Assembly (NCBI GenBank): GCA_021802825.1
Contig: JAJZRG010000014.1
Location: 1,133-65,132, forward strand
Reading direction: 5' to 3'
Length of the DNA stretch: 64,000 bases
DNA from: Chloroflexota bacterium
Lineage (GTDB): Bacteria; Chloroflexota; Limnocylindria; Limnocylindrales; CSP1-4
The notes beneath the pieces were generated by a model that was not told the origin of the DNA, made no database searches, and worked only from the letters and a program-made list of their open reading frames with translations. Shown here one piece after another: positions 10,365 to 19,718 of this stretch; positions within the stretch are counted from its first letter, which is position 1; every line of letters starts with the position of its first letter. The translations under genes were made by a program, and so were the position numbers.

Positions 10365-11249
10365 TCAGGACCCGGCGTCACGGGCGAGGAGCCAATCGGC
10401 GATGGCGCCCGCGACATCGATCCTCGCGTGCGTCTCGACCGCCTCGAACTGGGGCTCTCCGTTGACCTCGAGGACGACGGGGCCGCCGCCCGTCGAGATA
10501 ATGTCCACGCCCGCGTAGTCCAGCCCCAGGGCGCGGACGGCCTCGATCGCCATCGTGGCCTCATCGGCGGCGGGCTCGATCCCGACGGCCCGACCACCCT
10601 GGGCCACGTTGGAGCGGAAGTCGCCTGCAGGAGCCTGGCGCTCGATGGCGCCCAGGACGCGCCCCTCGAGCACGAACAGACGCCGATCGACCCCACCCGC
10701 CTCGGCCACGAACGGCTGGAGCAGGAACGGCACGCCGTCGAACGGGCGTGCGGAGGCGACGCGCTCGAGATCCGCGGGCGAGCGGAGGAGGAAGGTGTGC
10801 TCGCCCGAGGAGCCGCCGAGCGGCTTGGCGACGCACGGGTAGCCGAAGCGCTCGGCCGCCACACGGTCCGCGGCCGCCTCCGTGGTCACGGCGCAGGGGA
10901 GCTGCCGCAGGCCGGCCGCCGCCAGGCGCTGGGAGGCGAGGAACTTGTCGCCGGTGAGCTGCGTGGCGGCGACCCTGTTCGCGACGACGGTCCCAGCCCT
11001 CTCCCAGGCCGCCAGCACGAGCGACGACGGGCCGCGGGCGCCCCACCATGTGTGGATGACCGCGTCCGGGCGCTCGATCCCGACGGCGGACACCTGCCCG
11101 TCCGCGAGGGTTGGAATGAGGGTCCCGGGTGAGACCACGCGAAGCGCGGCGGCCCGTCTCCCGAACGACTCCTCGAAGCGCCGGATCGCGTAGGCGTGCC
11201 GTGGGAAGGCGACGAGCATCGGGTCACGGGACCGTCGAGACGGCTGCAT
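10365..11249 (-). CDS. RimK-family ATP-grasp alpha-L-glutamate ligase-like protein
   Basis: DKFLASQRL, KPLGGSSG, LQPFV, DRRLFVLEG, DFRSNVAQGG, YAGVDI, LEVNGEP. Confidence 0.88.
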   Translation of the reverse strand: MQPSRRSRDPMLVAFPRHAYAIRRFEESFGRRAAALRVVSPGTLIPTLADGQVSAVGIERPDAVIHTWWGARGPSSLVLAAWERAGTVVANRVAATQLTGDKFLASQRLAAAGLRQLPCAVTTEAAADRVAAERFGYPCVAKPLGGSSGEHTFLLRSPADLERVASARPFDGVPFLLQPFVAEAGGVDRRLFVLEGRVLGAIERQAPAGDFRSNVAQGGRAVGIEPAADEATMAIEAVRALGLDYAGVDIISTGGGPVVLEVNGEPQFEAVETHARIDVAGAIADWLLARDAGS

Positions 11250-11337
11250 CGGCCAAGCGTATGCCAGCGCCGTGGCCGCCCGGCGTGCGGGCCCACCTAC
11301 AATTCGGCGCGTGATCGAGGGTGGAGGCGCCAGGACG

Positions 11338-12252
11338 ATGTCGGCCAACGTCCGTCAGCCGCGCGTCGGGCTCATCGGCACGCCGGAGCTGGTCACGTTC
11401 CCGCGCTACGCGGAGAGCCTCGAGCTCCGCGGCGCCGATGTGGTCCAGATCGACCCGATGGACCTGGTCGCGCGGGTCGACGGGACGCGGGTATCGGCCT
11501 TCCTCCCCGTCGTTGACCTCGACGGCCTCGACGGCTTCTTCGCTCCCGTCGCCGGCTCGGCCTCGGTGGTCATGCTCGCGGCGATCCGCCAGCTAGAGGC
11601 GCTCGGCCTCCCGACGCTGAACCCCGCCGACGCGCGCTTCCTGGCCCGCGACAAGTGGGCGACGGCCGAGGCGCTCACGAGGGCCGGCATCCCCCACCCT
11701 TTGACGTTCTTCGTGGGCGGCTCCGCCCTGGCCCGCCCGGCCCGCCAGCGCGCCGCAGCCGAGCTGGGGTTCCCGCTGGTCGTCAAGGGCCGGCTCGGGA
11801 CGCTGGGGGCCGAGGTCAGGCTGGCCCGCGACGAGGACGAGCTGGAGCAGATCGTCGAGGCGCTCCACGTCCACATCGATGACGGTGTCCTGCTCCAGGA
11901 GTTCTTCGCCGAGGCCGGCGCCCGCGACTTCCGGGTGATCGTGCTCGAGGGGAAGGTGATCGCCGTCAAGGCGCGCTGGTCAGGGCGCGAGGACGAGTTC
12001 CGAGCGGCGATGCCGGGCTACCTGGCCACGATCGGCGAGATCACCGACGAGGAGGCGACGCTCTCGGCGGCGGCCGCCCGGGCGGTCGGGCTGGACCTCG
12101 CGGGCATCGACCTGATGCGCACGCGCCACGGACCGCGGGTCATCGAGATCAACGGCAACCCGTTCCTCGCCACGACGGAGCGCGTGACCGGCGTCGACAT
12201 CGCGGGCGCGGTGGCCGACGCGCTGCTCGGCCGGATCGCCGCGAGATCCTGA
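11338..12252 (+). CDS. RimK-family ATP-grasp ligase, divergent paralog
   Basis: DKWATAEAL, FPLVVKGRLGTLG, LLQEFF, DFRVIVLEG, LAGIDL, IEINGNP; alternative leaderless start at GTG 11311. Confidence 0.88.
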   Translation: MSANVRQPRVGLIGTPELVTFPRYAESLELRGADVVQIDPMDLVARVDGTRVSAFLPVVDLDGLDGFFAPVAGSASVVMLAAIRQLEALGLPTLNPADARFLARDKWATAEALTRAGIPHPLTFFVGGSALARPARQRAAAELGFPLVVKGRLGTLGAEVRLARDEDELEQIVEALHVHIDDGVLLQEFFAEAGARDFRVIVLEGKVIAVKARWSGREDEFRAAMPGYLATIGEITDEEATLSAAAARAVGLDLAGIDLMRTRHGPRVIEINGNPFLATTERVTGVDIAGAVADALLGRIAARS

Positions 12253-12271
12253 CCCTTCCCTGAGGTCGCGA

Positions 12272-13003
12272 TCATCGCCCGAGGCCGAGATCCCGCAGCA
12301 GTGGGCGGATGCGCGCGGCCGCGCGCGAGCGGTGCGAGATCGCGTGCTTCTCGGCCGCGGTCCACTGGCCCAGCGTCCGGCCGCCGGGCGGCTCCTGCGC
12401 CGGCTCGAAGATGGGGTCGTAGCCGAAGCCGCCGACACCCCGAGGACCCTGCGCGATCCGGCCGCGGCAGGTTCCGCGCCGGACGACGATGGGGATCGCG
12501 CCCCGGGACGGCGCATCGGACCGCGCCCGCTGGGCAGTCGCGACGGCGCCCGCCGGCCCAGCCCCTCCCGGGAGCGCGAGCGCCAGCACGCACACGTAGC
12601 GCGCGCCGCGCCGCTCCGGCGGCAGCCCCGCGAGGTCGCGCAGCAGCTTCTGGTTGTTGCGCTCGTCGGTGGCATCGGGGCCGGAGAAGCGCCGCGTCCG
12701 GACGCCCGGTGCCCCGCCCAGCGCATCCACCTCGAGTCCCGAGTCGTCGGCCAGCGTGATCAGGCCCGAGCGGCGCGCGTAGAAGCGGGCCTTGATCCGG
12801 GCGTTCGTCTCGAACGTCTCGCCGGTCTCGTCTGGCTCGCCCTCGATGCCCACGTCGTCGGGCGATAGCAACTCGACATCAGGCCCCAGCGCCAGCAGCT
12901 CCGCCAGCTCGCGCAGCTTGTGGCGCGACCGCGTCGCGACGAGCAGGCGACGACGTGAGCCGGACAGGTCGGGCAAGCCGGCCGGCTCCCGCGCCGAACC
13001 CAC
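12272..13003 (-). CDS. rdgB: Non-canonical purine NTP pyrophosphatase (RdgB/HAM1)
   Basis: LLVATRSRHKLREL, ETGETFETNARIKA, LADDSGLEVDALGGAPGV, GFGYDPIF, KHAISHR; GTG overlaps the rph stop. Confidence 0.95.
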   Translation of the reverse strand: MGSAREPAGLPDLSGSRRRLLVATRSRHKLRELAELLALGPDVELLSPDDVGIEGEPDETGETFETNARIKARFYARRSGLITLADDSGLEVDALGGAPGVRTRRFSGPDATDERNNQKLLRDLAGLPPERRGARYVCVLALALPGGAGPAGAVATAQRARSDAPSRGAIPIVVRRGTCRGRIAQGPRGVGGFGYDPIFEPAQEPPGGRTLGQWTAAEKHAISHRSRAAARIRPLLRDLGLGR

Positions 13004-13761
13004 TACCGGCGCACCGTCGCCAGTGCGGCGGACTGCGCCTCGAACAGACGGGCGAGCCCGCTGCCGGCGAGGTCGAGCAATGCATCGAGTCCGGCGCGGT
13101 CGAAAGGCTTGCCCTCGGCCGTGCCCTGGAGCTCGACGTAGTGCCCAGCGTCCGTGCCCACCACGTTGAAGTCCACCTCGGCGCGCGAGTCCTCGGGGTA
13201 GTCGAGGTCGAGCATCCGGACGCCGTCGATGATCCCGACGCTGACCGCCGCGACGCGCCCGGTGAGGTGGCGCTCCATCCCGTACGTGATCAGTGCCGCC
13301 GCCAGCGCCACGTAGCCGCCGGTGATCGACGCGGTCCGGGTCCCGCCGTCGGCGACGATGACATCGCAGTCCACGGTCACCGTCCGCTCGCCCAGGTGGG
13401 CGAGGTCCACAACGCCCCGCAGCGAGCGCCCGACGAGGCGCTGGATCTCGTGCGTCCGCCCGCCGATCCTGCCCTTGGCGGCCTCGCGCTCGGAGCGCTC
13501 CGCCGTCGCGCGGGGGAGCATCTCGTAGGTGCCCGTGACCCAGCCCGTGCCCTTGCCGCGCAGGTGCGGCGGAACGCGGTCCTCGATCGTGGCCGCGCAC
13601 AGGACCTGAGTGTCGCCGAAGCGGATGAGGCAAGAGCCCTCGGCCCACTTCTGGACGCCAAGGGTGATCTCGATGGGCCGCAGGTCACCGGGGTCGCGGC
13701 CGTCCGCGCGGGACCCGGTGCGAAGTGGCGTGCCCGCCGGCGGCCGGTTGCCGATGCTCAT
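13003..13761 (-). CDS. rph: Ribonuclease PH
   Basis: [57 protein letters not shown]. Confidence 0.98.
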   Translation of the reverse strand: MSIGNRPPAGTPLRTGSRADGRDPGDLRPIEITLGVQKWAEGSCLIRFGDTQVLCAATIEDRVPPHLRGKGTGWVTGTYEMLPRATAERSEREAAKGRIGGRTHEIQRLVGRSLRGVVDLAHLGERTVTVDCDVIVADGGTRTASITGGYVALAAALITYGMERHLTGRVAAVSVGIIDGVRMLDLDYPEDSRAEVDFNVVGTDAGHYVELQGTAEGKPFDRAGLDALLDLAGSGLARLFEAQSAALATVRR

Positions 13762-14939
13762 GCCGATGCCTCCCGTCGCTCGTGCGCCTTCGCGGCGTCC
13801 CAGAGCGCGTCCAGTTGTTCGAACGTCATGTCGCGGAGGGCGGTGCCCTGGGCGGCAGCCGCCAGCTCCACATGGCGGAACCGCCGCCGGAACTTGTCGT
13901 TGGCGCTGCGCAGGGCGCCCTCCACCTCGATGCCGGTCTTGCGCCCAACGTTGACGAGGACGAACAGCAGGTCGCCCAGCTCCTCGGCCCGGTGGTCGTC
14001 GTCCTCAGCCTCCACCAGCTCGCCCACCTCCTCGCGGACCTTGTCCAGGACCCCCTCGATGGACGGCCAGTCGTAGCCCAGGTTGGCGGCCCGCTCCTGC
14101 ATCTCCTGGCTGGCGGCGAGGGCCGGCAGCGAGCGGCTGATGCCGTCGAGCGCGCTCTTCGGCCGCGCCTGGCCGGTCTCGTCGGCGAGGGCCGCGGCCG
14201 CACGCTCGCCCTGCTTGATCCGCTCCCACTGGCGGTTGACGTCGGACGCGGTCCGCGCCTCCGCCTCGCCGAACACGTGCGGGTGCCGCCGGACGATCTT
14301 GGTGGCCAGGGCCTGCCACACGTCGGTCAGGTCGAACACGCCCGCCTCGGCGGCCAGCTGCGCGTGCAGGACGATCTGGAGCAGCAGGTCCCCCAGCTCG
14401 CCCGCCAGCTCCGGCGTGGCGCCGTCGGCCAGCGCGTCGTAGACCTCGTATGCCTCCTCGAGCAGGTGGTTGCGCAGCGACTGGTGCGTCTGCTCGCGGT
14501 CCCAGGGGCAGCCGTCGGGGGCGCGCAGCCGGTCCGAGATCCAGGGCATGCCCCACGGCGAGGCGGCGTCGGCCACCGGCTCCAGCCCGGCGAGGTAGAG
14601 AGCGGAGCCGAGGTCCTCGTCCCCCAGCTCGCCGACCGTGGTCGCGTCGGGCCGCCCGAAGCGCCCAACGGCGTGGTCCGCCGGGTAGAGGCGCCGCAGC
14701 ACCTCGAGCGGGTCTGCGCCGCGGGGTCCGTGGCGGCCGGGCAGGGGTGTGGGCGCAGTCGAGGGCGCGGCGTCTGTCCCGGGCCCGCCCGCGAGCAGCC
14801 GGGCGGCGGGCAGGATCACCAGCGGCAGCGACGGCTCCAGCGGGACCGCCACCAGGCGCTCCGCCGCCACCACGGCCAGGCCGCCCGCAGGGTCCAGGCC
14901 CCAGCGGAGCCTCGCCTCGGCCAGCAGCGCGTCCAGCAT
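13758..14939 (-). CDS. mazG: MazG nucleoside triphosphate pyrophosphohydrolase with partial YabN-like N-terminal domain
   Basis: [49 protein letters not shown]. Confidence 0.95.
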   Translation of the reverse strand: MLDALLAEARLRWGLDPAGGLAVVAAERLVAVPLEPSLPLVILPAARLLAGGPGTDAAPSTAPTPLPGRHGPRGADPLEVLRRLYPADHAVGRFGRPDATTVGELGDEDLGSALYLAGLEPVADAASPWGMPWISDRLRAPDGCPWDREQTHQSLRNHLLEEAYEVYDALADGATPELAGELGDLLLQIVLHAQLAAEAGVFDLTDVWQALATKIVRRHPHVFGEAEARTASDVNRQWERIKQGERAAAALADETGQARPKSALDGISRSLPALAASQEMQERAANLGYDWPSIEGVLDKVREEVGELVEAEDDDHRAEELGDLLFVLVNVGRKTGIEVEGALRSANDKFRRRFRHVELAAAAQGTALRDMTFEQLDALWDAAKAHERREASA

Positions 14940-14959
14940 CGGTGGGGCGCCCGCCGACG

Positions 14960-16687
14960 TCAGCTGGTGGCCGTGCCCGACAGCGCCGGGTCCTGCCAGA
15001 TCGTGTACTTCTCCCGCTGCGGGGTATACCAGGCGCTGAAGGCATTCGCCTTGATGGTGTCGGCCTCAGCACCGTCGGGCACCTTGGTCTGCTCCTCGGC
15101 CACCCAGAACAGGTAGACGCCGTCGCCGTCCACTGTGAGGACGCTGCTGACCTTGCCGATCGGTGCGGCGAAGATCGCCGAGGCGACTTGGTCGCTCACC
15201 TGGTAGGTGTGCTGGCCAATCCAGCCCATGTCGCCGCCCTGCGCCGCCTGCGCGTCGTCGGAGTTGTCCCGGGCGAGGGTCTTGAACACATCGAGGGTGG
15301 TGGCCTGCGCGGCGAGCTTGCTCGCCCACGCCGCGTCGGTTGGGAAGTGCATGATCTGGATGATGTGGTAGCCGAACTCGGTCTTGACCGGGGGCAGCAG
15401 CTGGCCCGGCTGGAGGCCCTTGGCGAAGATGGCGTCGGCGAACGCCTTGGTCAGGCCGCTCGACGGCGTGACGTAGCCGAGCTTTCCGCCGTTGGCCTTG
15501 GTCTGGGTGTCGTCGCTCTCGGCCCGGGCGATCGCATCGAACTGGGACGGGTCCTTCTGGAGCCTTGCGTACGCGGCGTCGGCAAGCGCCTTGGCCGCCG
15601 CCCACGCTGGGTCGGAAGCGGGCAGCTGCGCGGCCTTCTGGGCGTCGTGGTTGGGCGCGTACAGGATGTGCCGGACGCTCACGGCGGCCGGGTCCGACTC
15701 TGACGGGCTGCTCTGCATGTAGATGCGGTAGACGTGGCGCTGGGGCGCGCTCGCCATGGCCTGGGCGGTGACCCAGTCGCGAAGCTTGGCGTTGGCCGCG
15801 GCGTACTGGAACGACCAGTCGAGATCGGCCTGCGAGATGCCCGCATCCTGCGCCTGCTTGGCGAAGGTCGGATCGGTCTGGGGCGCGATGGTCTCGGTGA
15901 CCCGCCCGATGCGGTAGCTCCCGTCCGCGCCCTCGATGACCCCCGTGGGCGTGTTCAGCGGCGCCGCCATGAGTGCCTTGACGAACGCGCTGTCGAGCGA
16001 CGAGTTCTTGTCGATGAACCCCACGTCGCCGCCCTGCGGCGCGGTGGCGGTGTCGGTGGAGAACGACTTGGCGACCGTCGCCCAGTCGCCGCCGCCCTTG
16101 AGGGCATCGAACGCGATATCGGCCTTGGTCTTGGCGGCCGCCTTCTCCGCGTCGGTGGGCGCCGTCTCGGCCCCCGTCATCGTGGGCGCCACCACGATCT
16201 GCCAGACGTGGCGCAACTCGGACTGCGTGGCTGCCTTCTGCTCCGTGGCCGCGATGTCGGCCGGAGTCACGGTCTGGCCGTTCTTGGCGGCGAGGTCGAG
16301 CATCACCGACCCGTCGGTCAGCTGGTTCATCGACAGCGACACGACCTGCGACACCTGGGACGTGAGCGCCTGGATCCGCCCGTCAGCGTCGGTGGCCCAC
16401 ATCTTCCCGGACGAGAGCAGCGTGCGGGTCTGCCGGGTCTGGAAGTCGATCAGGAATGAGTTCACCCTCGCCTGCCTCGCGACGTCGTCCATGCTGAGGG
16501 TGATGCCGTTGACCTTGATCGCCGGGGCCAGATGGTCGCTGTACCAGCCGACGGCGAGCGCGACGACGAGCGTCAGGAGCGCCGCGAGGACGGCCAGGCC
16601 GAAGCCCAGGTTCATAAGCATGTTGCGGCGGGCCGGCTCGTCCCAGATTCGGGTGCGGCTGGAGCCCTGCCGGGGGCGGGAGGTCAT
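14960..16687 (-). CDS. Membrane-anchored parvulin-type peptidylprolyl isomerase (PrsA/SurA-like)
   Basis: N-terminal TM; GGDVGF, VRHIL...GGKLGY...TEFGYHII and GGDMGW motifs. Confidence 0.9.
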   Translation of the reverse strand: MTSRPRQGSSRTRIWDEPARRNMLMNLGFGLAVLAALLTLVVALAVGWYSDHLAPAIKVNGITLSMDDVARQARVNSFLIDFQTRQTRTLLSSGKMWATDADGRIQALTSQVSQVVSLSMNQLTDGSVMLDLAAKNGQTVTPADIAATEQKAATQSELRHVWQIVVAPTMTGAETAPTDAEKAAAKTKADIAFDALKGGGDWATVAKSFSTDTATAPQGGDVGFIDKNSSLDSAFVKALMAAPLNTPTGVIEGADGSYRIGRVTETIAPQTDPTFAKQAQDAGISQADLDWSFQYAAANAKLRDWVTAQAMASAPQRHVYRIYMQSSPSESDPAAVSVRHILYAPNHDAQKAAQLPASDPAWAAAKALADAAYARLQKDPSQFDAIARAESDDTQTKANGGKLGYVTPSSGLTKAFADAIFAKGLQPGQLLPPVKTEFGYHIIQIMHFPTDAAWASKLAAQATTLDVFKTLARDNSDDAQAAQGGDMGWIGQHTYQVSDQVASAIFAAPIGKVSSVLTVDGDGVYLFWVAEEQTKVPDGAEADTIKANAFSAWYTPQREKYTIWQDPALSGTATS

Positions 16688-16846
16688 GGTGGGTGGAGGT
16701 TCCTCGTTCTGGGTGGTCCTGGCGCGACGGGTTGTGCCCTCACGCCACGCAGCGCGGACGCCGCGCGATGGTACCGCGTGCGCGCGTGATCGTGTCGAGG
16801 CGGGCCATGTCGCTGCGGTTGGAGTGTGATCCCGCGGCAACTCCCG

Positions 16847-18046
16847 TCAGCGCCCGTCGCGCGCGAGCGACTCGACGAGGGCAAGGTATCGCTCGGACAC
16901 GCGCTCCCACGACAGCTCGCCGACCAGCTCTGCGGTGCGCGCGACGGCGGCCTCTCGGGCCGGCCCATCGTCCACCAGGTGCAGGAGCGCCTCGGCCAGG
17001 GCCTCGGCATCGCCGGCCTCGTACGTGGTCACGGTCCCCGGCGGGAACATCGCCTCCACCATCGGCAGCCGCGACGCCACGGCGGGCTTGCCCATCGCGG
17101 CGTACTCGAAGATCTTGGTGCTCAGGCTGAAGTCGGTGAACTCGGTGCGGCGGGTGGGCGCCAGCCCGACGTCAGCCGCGGCGAGCGCCGCTGGCACGGC
17201 TTCGATGGGCACGCGGCCGTGGAACGTCACGACGTCCGCCAACCCCATGTCCGCCGCGCGGGCGCGCAGCGGCACCTCCGCGAAGTCCCGCCCGTAGAGG
17301 TCGAACGCCACCCGCAGGCCGGGGCGCAGGGCGCGGATGCGGGCGAGCGCGTCGAGCGCCACATCCAGCTCGTAGACCATCGACAGCGCCCCCGCGTAGA
17401 CGAGGCGCAGCGTGCCATCGGCCATGAACGGGCGGGCGGGGTGCGCCCCGGGATCGAAGCGGGCGAGCACCGGCGCGTTGAGCACGACGTGCACCTTGGC
17501 GGCCGGGACGCCCATCGCCACGAGTCGGCCGGCGAGCGCGTCGTTGACGGTGATCGCCGCGGTGGCCACGGCGATCGACGCCCGCTCCTGCACCACCAGG
17601 GCCTTGCGCACAAGGGGCCGCGACGCACCCGGGAAGCGCATCCGGAAGAACTCGGGCATCGCCTCATGCATGTCGAGGATGACCGGCACGCCCAGCAGGC
17701 GGAGGGGCAGCGCCGAGAACACGAGCGCGTCGGGGATGGTGTGCACCTGGACCAGCCCGAACCGCCGGCGCAGGTGGGCGCGGGTCAGGGCGACCGAGGC
17801 CCGGGCCATGAACTCGGCGTACTCGCGCAGGTACGTGCCGATCCCCGCGCCCTGGTGCCGCTGGACATCGAGGCGATGGATCTGGACGCCATTGAGCACG
17901 CCCTCGGGCGGGTCCGCCTCGCGTCGGAGCGAGAAGACGTCGACGATCCGGCCGGAGGCGCGAACGGCCTCGGCCTCACGGCGAACGCGCGGGTCCTCCT
18001 CGTAGTAGCTGTGGACGACCATCGCCACCGGGCGGCGGCGGCTCAC
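16847..18046 (-). CDS. Glycosyltransferase family 4
   Basis: DPRVRREAEA, ILDMHEAMPE, LVYAGAL, ADVGLAP, STKIFEYAAMGKPAV; GTG overlaps the upstream stop. Confidence 0.9.
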   Translation of the reverse strand: MSRRRPVAMVVHSYYEEDPRVRREAEAVRASGRIVDVFSLRREADPPEGVLNGVQIHRLDVQRHQGAGIGTYLREYAEFMARASVALTRAHLRRRFGLVQVHTIPDALVFSALPLRLLGVPVILDMHEAMPEFFRMRFPGASRPLVRKALVVQERASIAVATAAITVNDALAGRLVAMGVPAAKVHVVLNAPVLARFDPGAHPARPFMADGTLRLVYAGALSMVYELDVALDALARIRALRPGLRVAFDLYGRDFAEVPLRARAADMGLADVVTFHGRVPIEAVPAALAAADVGLAPTRRTEFTDFSLSTKIFEYAAMGKPAVASRLPMVEAMFPPGTVTTYEAGDAEALAEALLHLVDDGPAREAAVARTAELVGELSWERVSERYLALVESLARDGR

Positions 18047-19488
18047 GGGCGCGGCTCCTCGGCAACGGGACGCCGGAACAGGGCGAGCTTGGTGGACGGC
18101 GCGGCGCCCGTCGCAAGCGCGGCGCGGTCGAGCACCATCACGAGCGGGCCGAGCCATCGGGCGCTGCGAGGGCTCGCCTTGGACTCGGACGCCACCCAAC
18201 GCCACCAGCGCGCGTACCGTGCGTAGGCGCGCCGCGAGCCCGCCTCGATCGGATTGTTGGCGAGAACAGTCCCGGCCCGCAGGTCTTCGAGCACGAGGCC
18301 AGTCGCCTCGAGCGTCGCCCGGTAGCGTGTCGCCGGCCGAGCCCGGGAGTGGAGGCCCGGGTCGTACGGGCGCTCCCATCGGGCGTCGAGCAGCATAGGC
18401 TCGGCGAGGATCAGCACGCCGCCCGGCGCCACGAGGGCGGCGATCCCGGCCAGCGCCCGGTCGAACGCAGCGTCATCGGTGAGGTGGAGCAGAACGTTCA
18501 TGCAGCTGACGGCTGGATAGGTCGCCTTGGGGAGGCTGCCCTCGAGCCCGATATCGGCCGTGAAGTACGTCCCCTTGGCGCCCTCGGCCTCGGCCTCGCG
18601 TCGCACGGCTTCGACCGCCTCCGGGACGAGGTCACACCCGTCAACGACGAGGGCGCCTTGGGATCGCCAGAACCGCACCCAGTATCCCGTGCCGAGCCCC
18701 ACGTCGAACGCCGACGCTGGGCTCGTCACGCCGTTTCGGCGCAGGAAGCCACGAAGGGTGCGTGCCAGGGAGCGGTACAGCCAGGCGTTGATGCCCGGCG
18801 GCAGCCCGGACTGCCCCACTGCCGACAGGTCGTGGCGGCGGTGCAGGCCGCTCCAGTACGCGGCCGGGTCGTAGGTGGCGGGCGCCGCGGCGAGATGGGG
18901 CGCCTCGAGCCGCGGCTTGCCTGCGGCCTCCCACGTGGCGACGAGAGCGTCCGGAGTCCAGTTGACGAGCCGGACGGTCTGTCCGGCGAGCGGCCGCACG
19001 AGATCGGCGTCCCGGGGCTCGAGCGGCCAGACCGTGACGGGTCCGCCCGCGCCGGCAGCAGCGATGGTCGTGCGGAGCGCCTCGGCTAGCGTGTCCTTGC
19101 GAAGCACGTCGCGATGCTGGTAGAGGGAGCGACGCCGCGCGGTCCGAATGGGATGGCGCAGGGCGCGCAGCAGGCGGCGCGGAACCGACACGGCGGGCAG
19201 GTAGCCCCCCAGACGGCCGCGCGCCTCCCGGAAGCCACGCTCTGGGTCGGCCTGCCACCACAGCGGTCCGTCAGGGAGCGGCGTCCCGCCGTCCTTGCCC
19301 CCAACGGTCGTGACCACCAGAAGCCCACGGGCAAGATCCGGCGGCAGCGACGCGACCCGGTGTGCCGCCTCCCGGCGGAGCGCCACGGCCACGATAGGCT
19401 CGTGGCCGAACACGGCATGGTCCGGCGGGGACACCTCGGTCAGCGGCGCAGTGGGGTTGGACTTGAGGGCCGCGAGGGGGCTTGCCAC
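18043..19488 (-). CDS. Class I SAM-dependent methyltransferase with ~190-aa unknown N-terminal domain
   Basis: AFDVGLGTGYW, GCDL, MNVLLHL, LVAPGGVLILAE; TAGACT 6 nt before GTG. Confidence 0.85.
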   Translation of the reverse strand: MASPLAALKSNPTAPLTEVSPPDHAVFGHEPIVAVALRREAAHRVASLPPDLARGLLVVTTVGGKDGGTPLPDGPLWWQADPERGFREARGRLGGYLPAVSVPRRLLRALRHPIRTARRRSLYQHRDVLRKDTLAEALRTTIAAAGAGGPVTVWPLEPRDADLVRPLAGQTVRLVNWTPDALVATWEAAGKPRLEAPHLAAAPATYDPAAYWSGLHRRHDLSAVGQSGLPPGINAWLYRSLARTLRGFLRRNGVTSPASAFDVGLGTGYWVRFWRSQGALVVDGCDLVPEAVEAVRREAEAEGAKGTYFTADIGLEGSLPKATYPAVSCMNVLLHLTDDAAFDRALAGIAALVAPGGVLILAEPMLLDARWERPYDPGLHSRARPATRYRATLEATGLVLEDLRAGTVLANNPIEAGSRRAYARYARWWRWVASESKASPRSARWLGPLVMVLDRAALATGAAPSTKLALFRRPVAEEPRP

Positions 19489-19718
19489 CGGTGCAGTCTA
19501 GGCGATGGACCGGCTCGCCAAGGGTGTGGAGGCTTTCCCCGCGGTCCGATCCCTGAGCACGGGCGTGGAGCGCAACCCTGCTGGTCATGCCTCCCCCGAG
19601 ATCGGTGTACGATCCGCGGGCCCAGCGGACAGCCGAGTCCGAGACCTGCCGTCAGCCCTGCGGCAGACCCCAGGCCGGGGCAACCAACGGCATCCCCGGC
19701 GCGAGCGCAGGGACAACG

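Noticed and set aside
9321-12252. Graspetide (ATP-grasp RiPP) cluster
   Set aside because: Both ligases look RimK-like, and no precursor with repeated Thr/Ser/Lys-Asp/Glu cores or dedicated transporter is adjacent.
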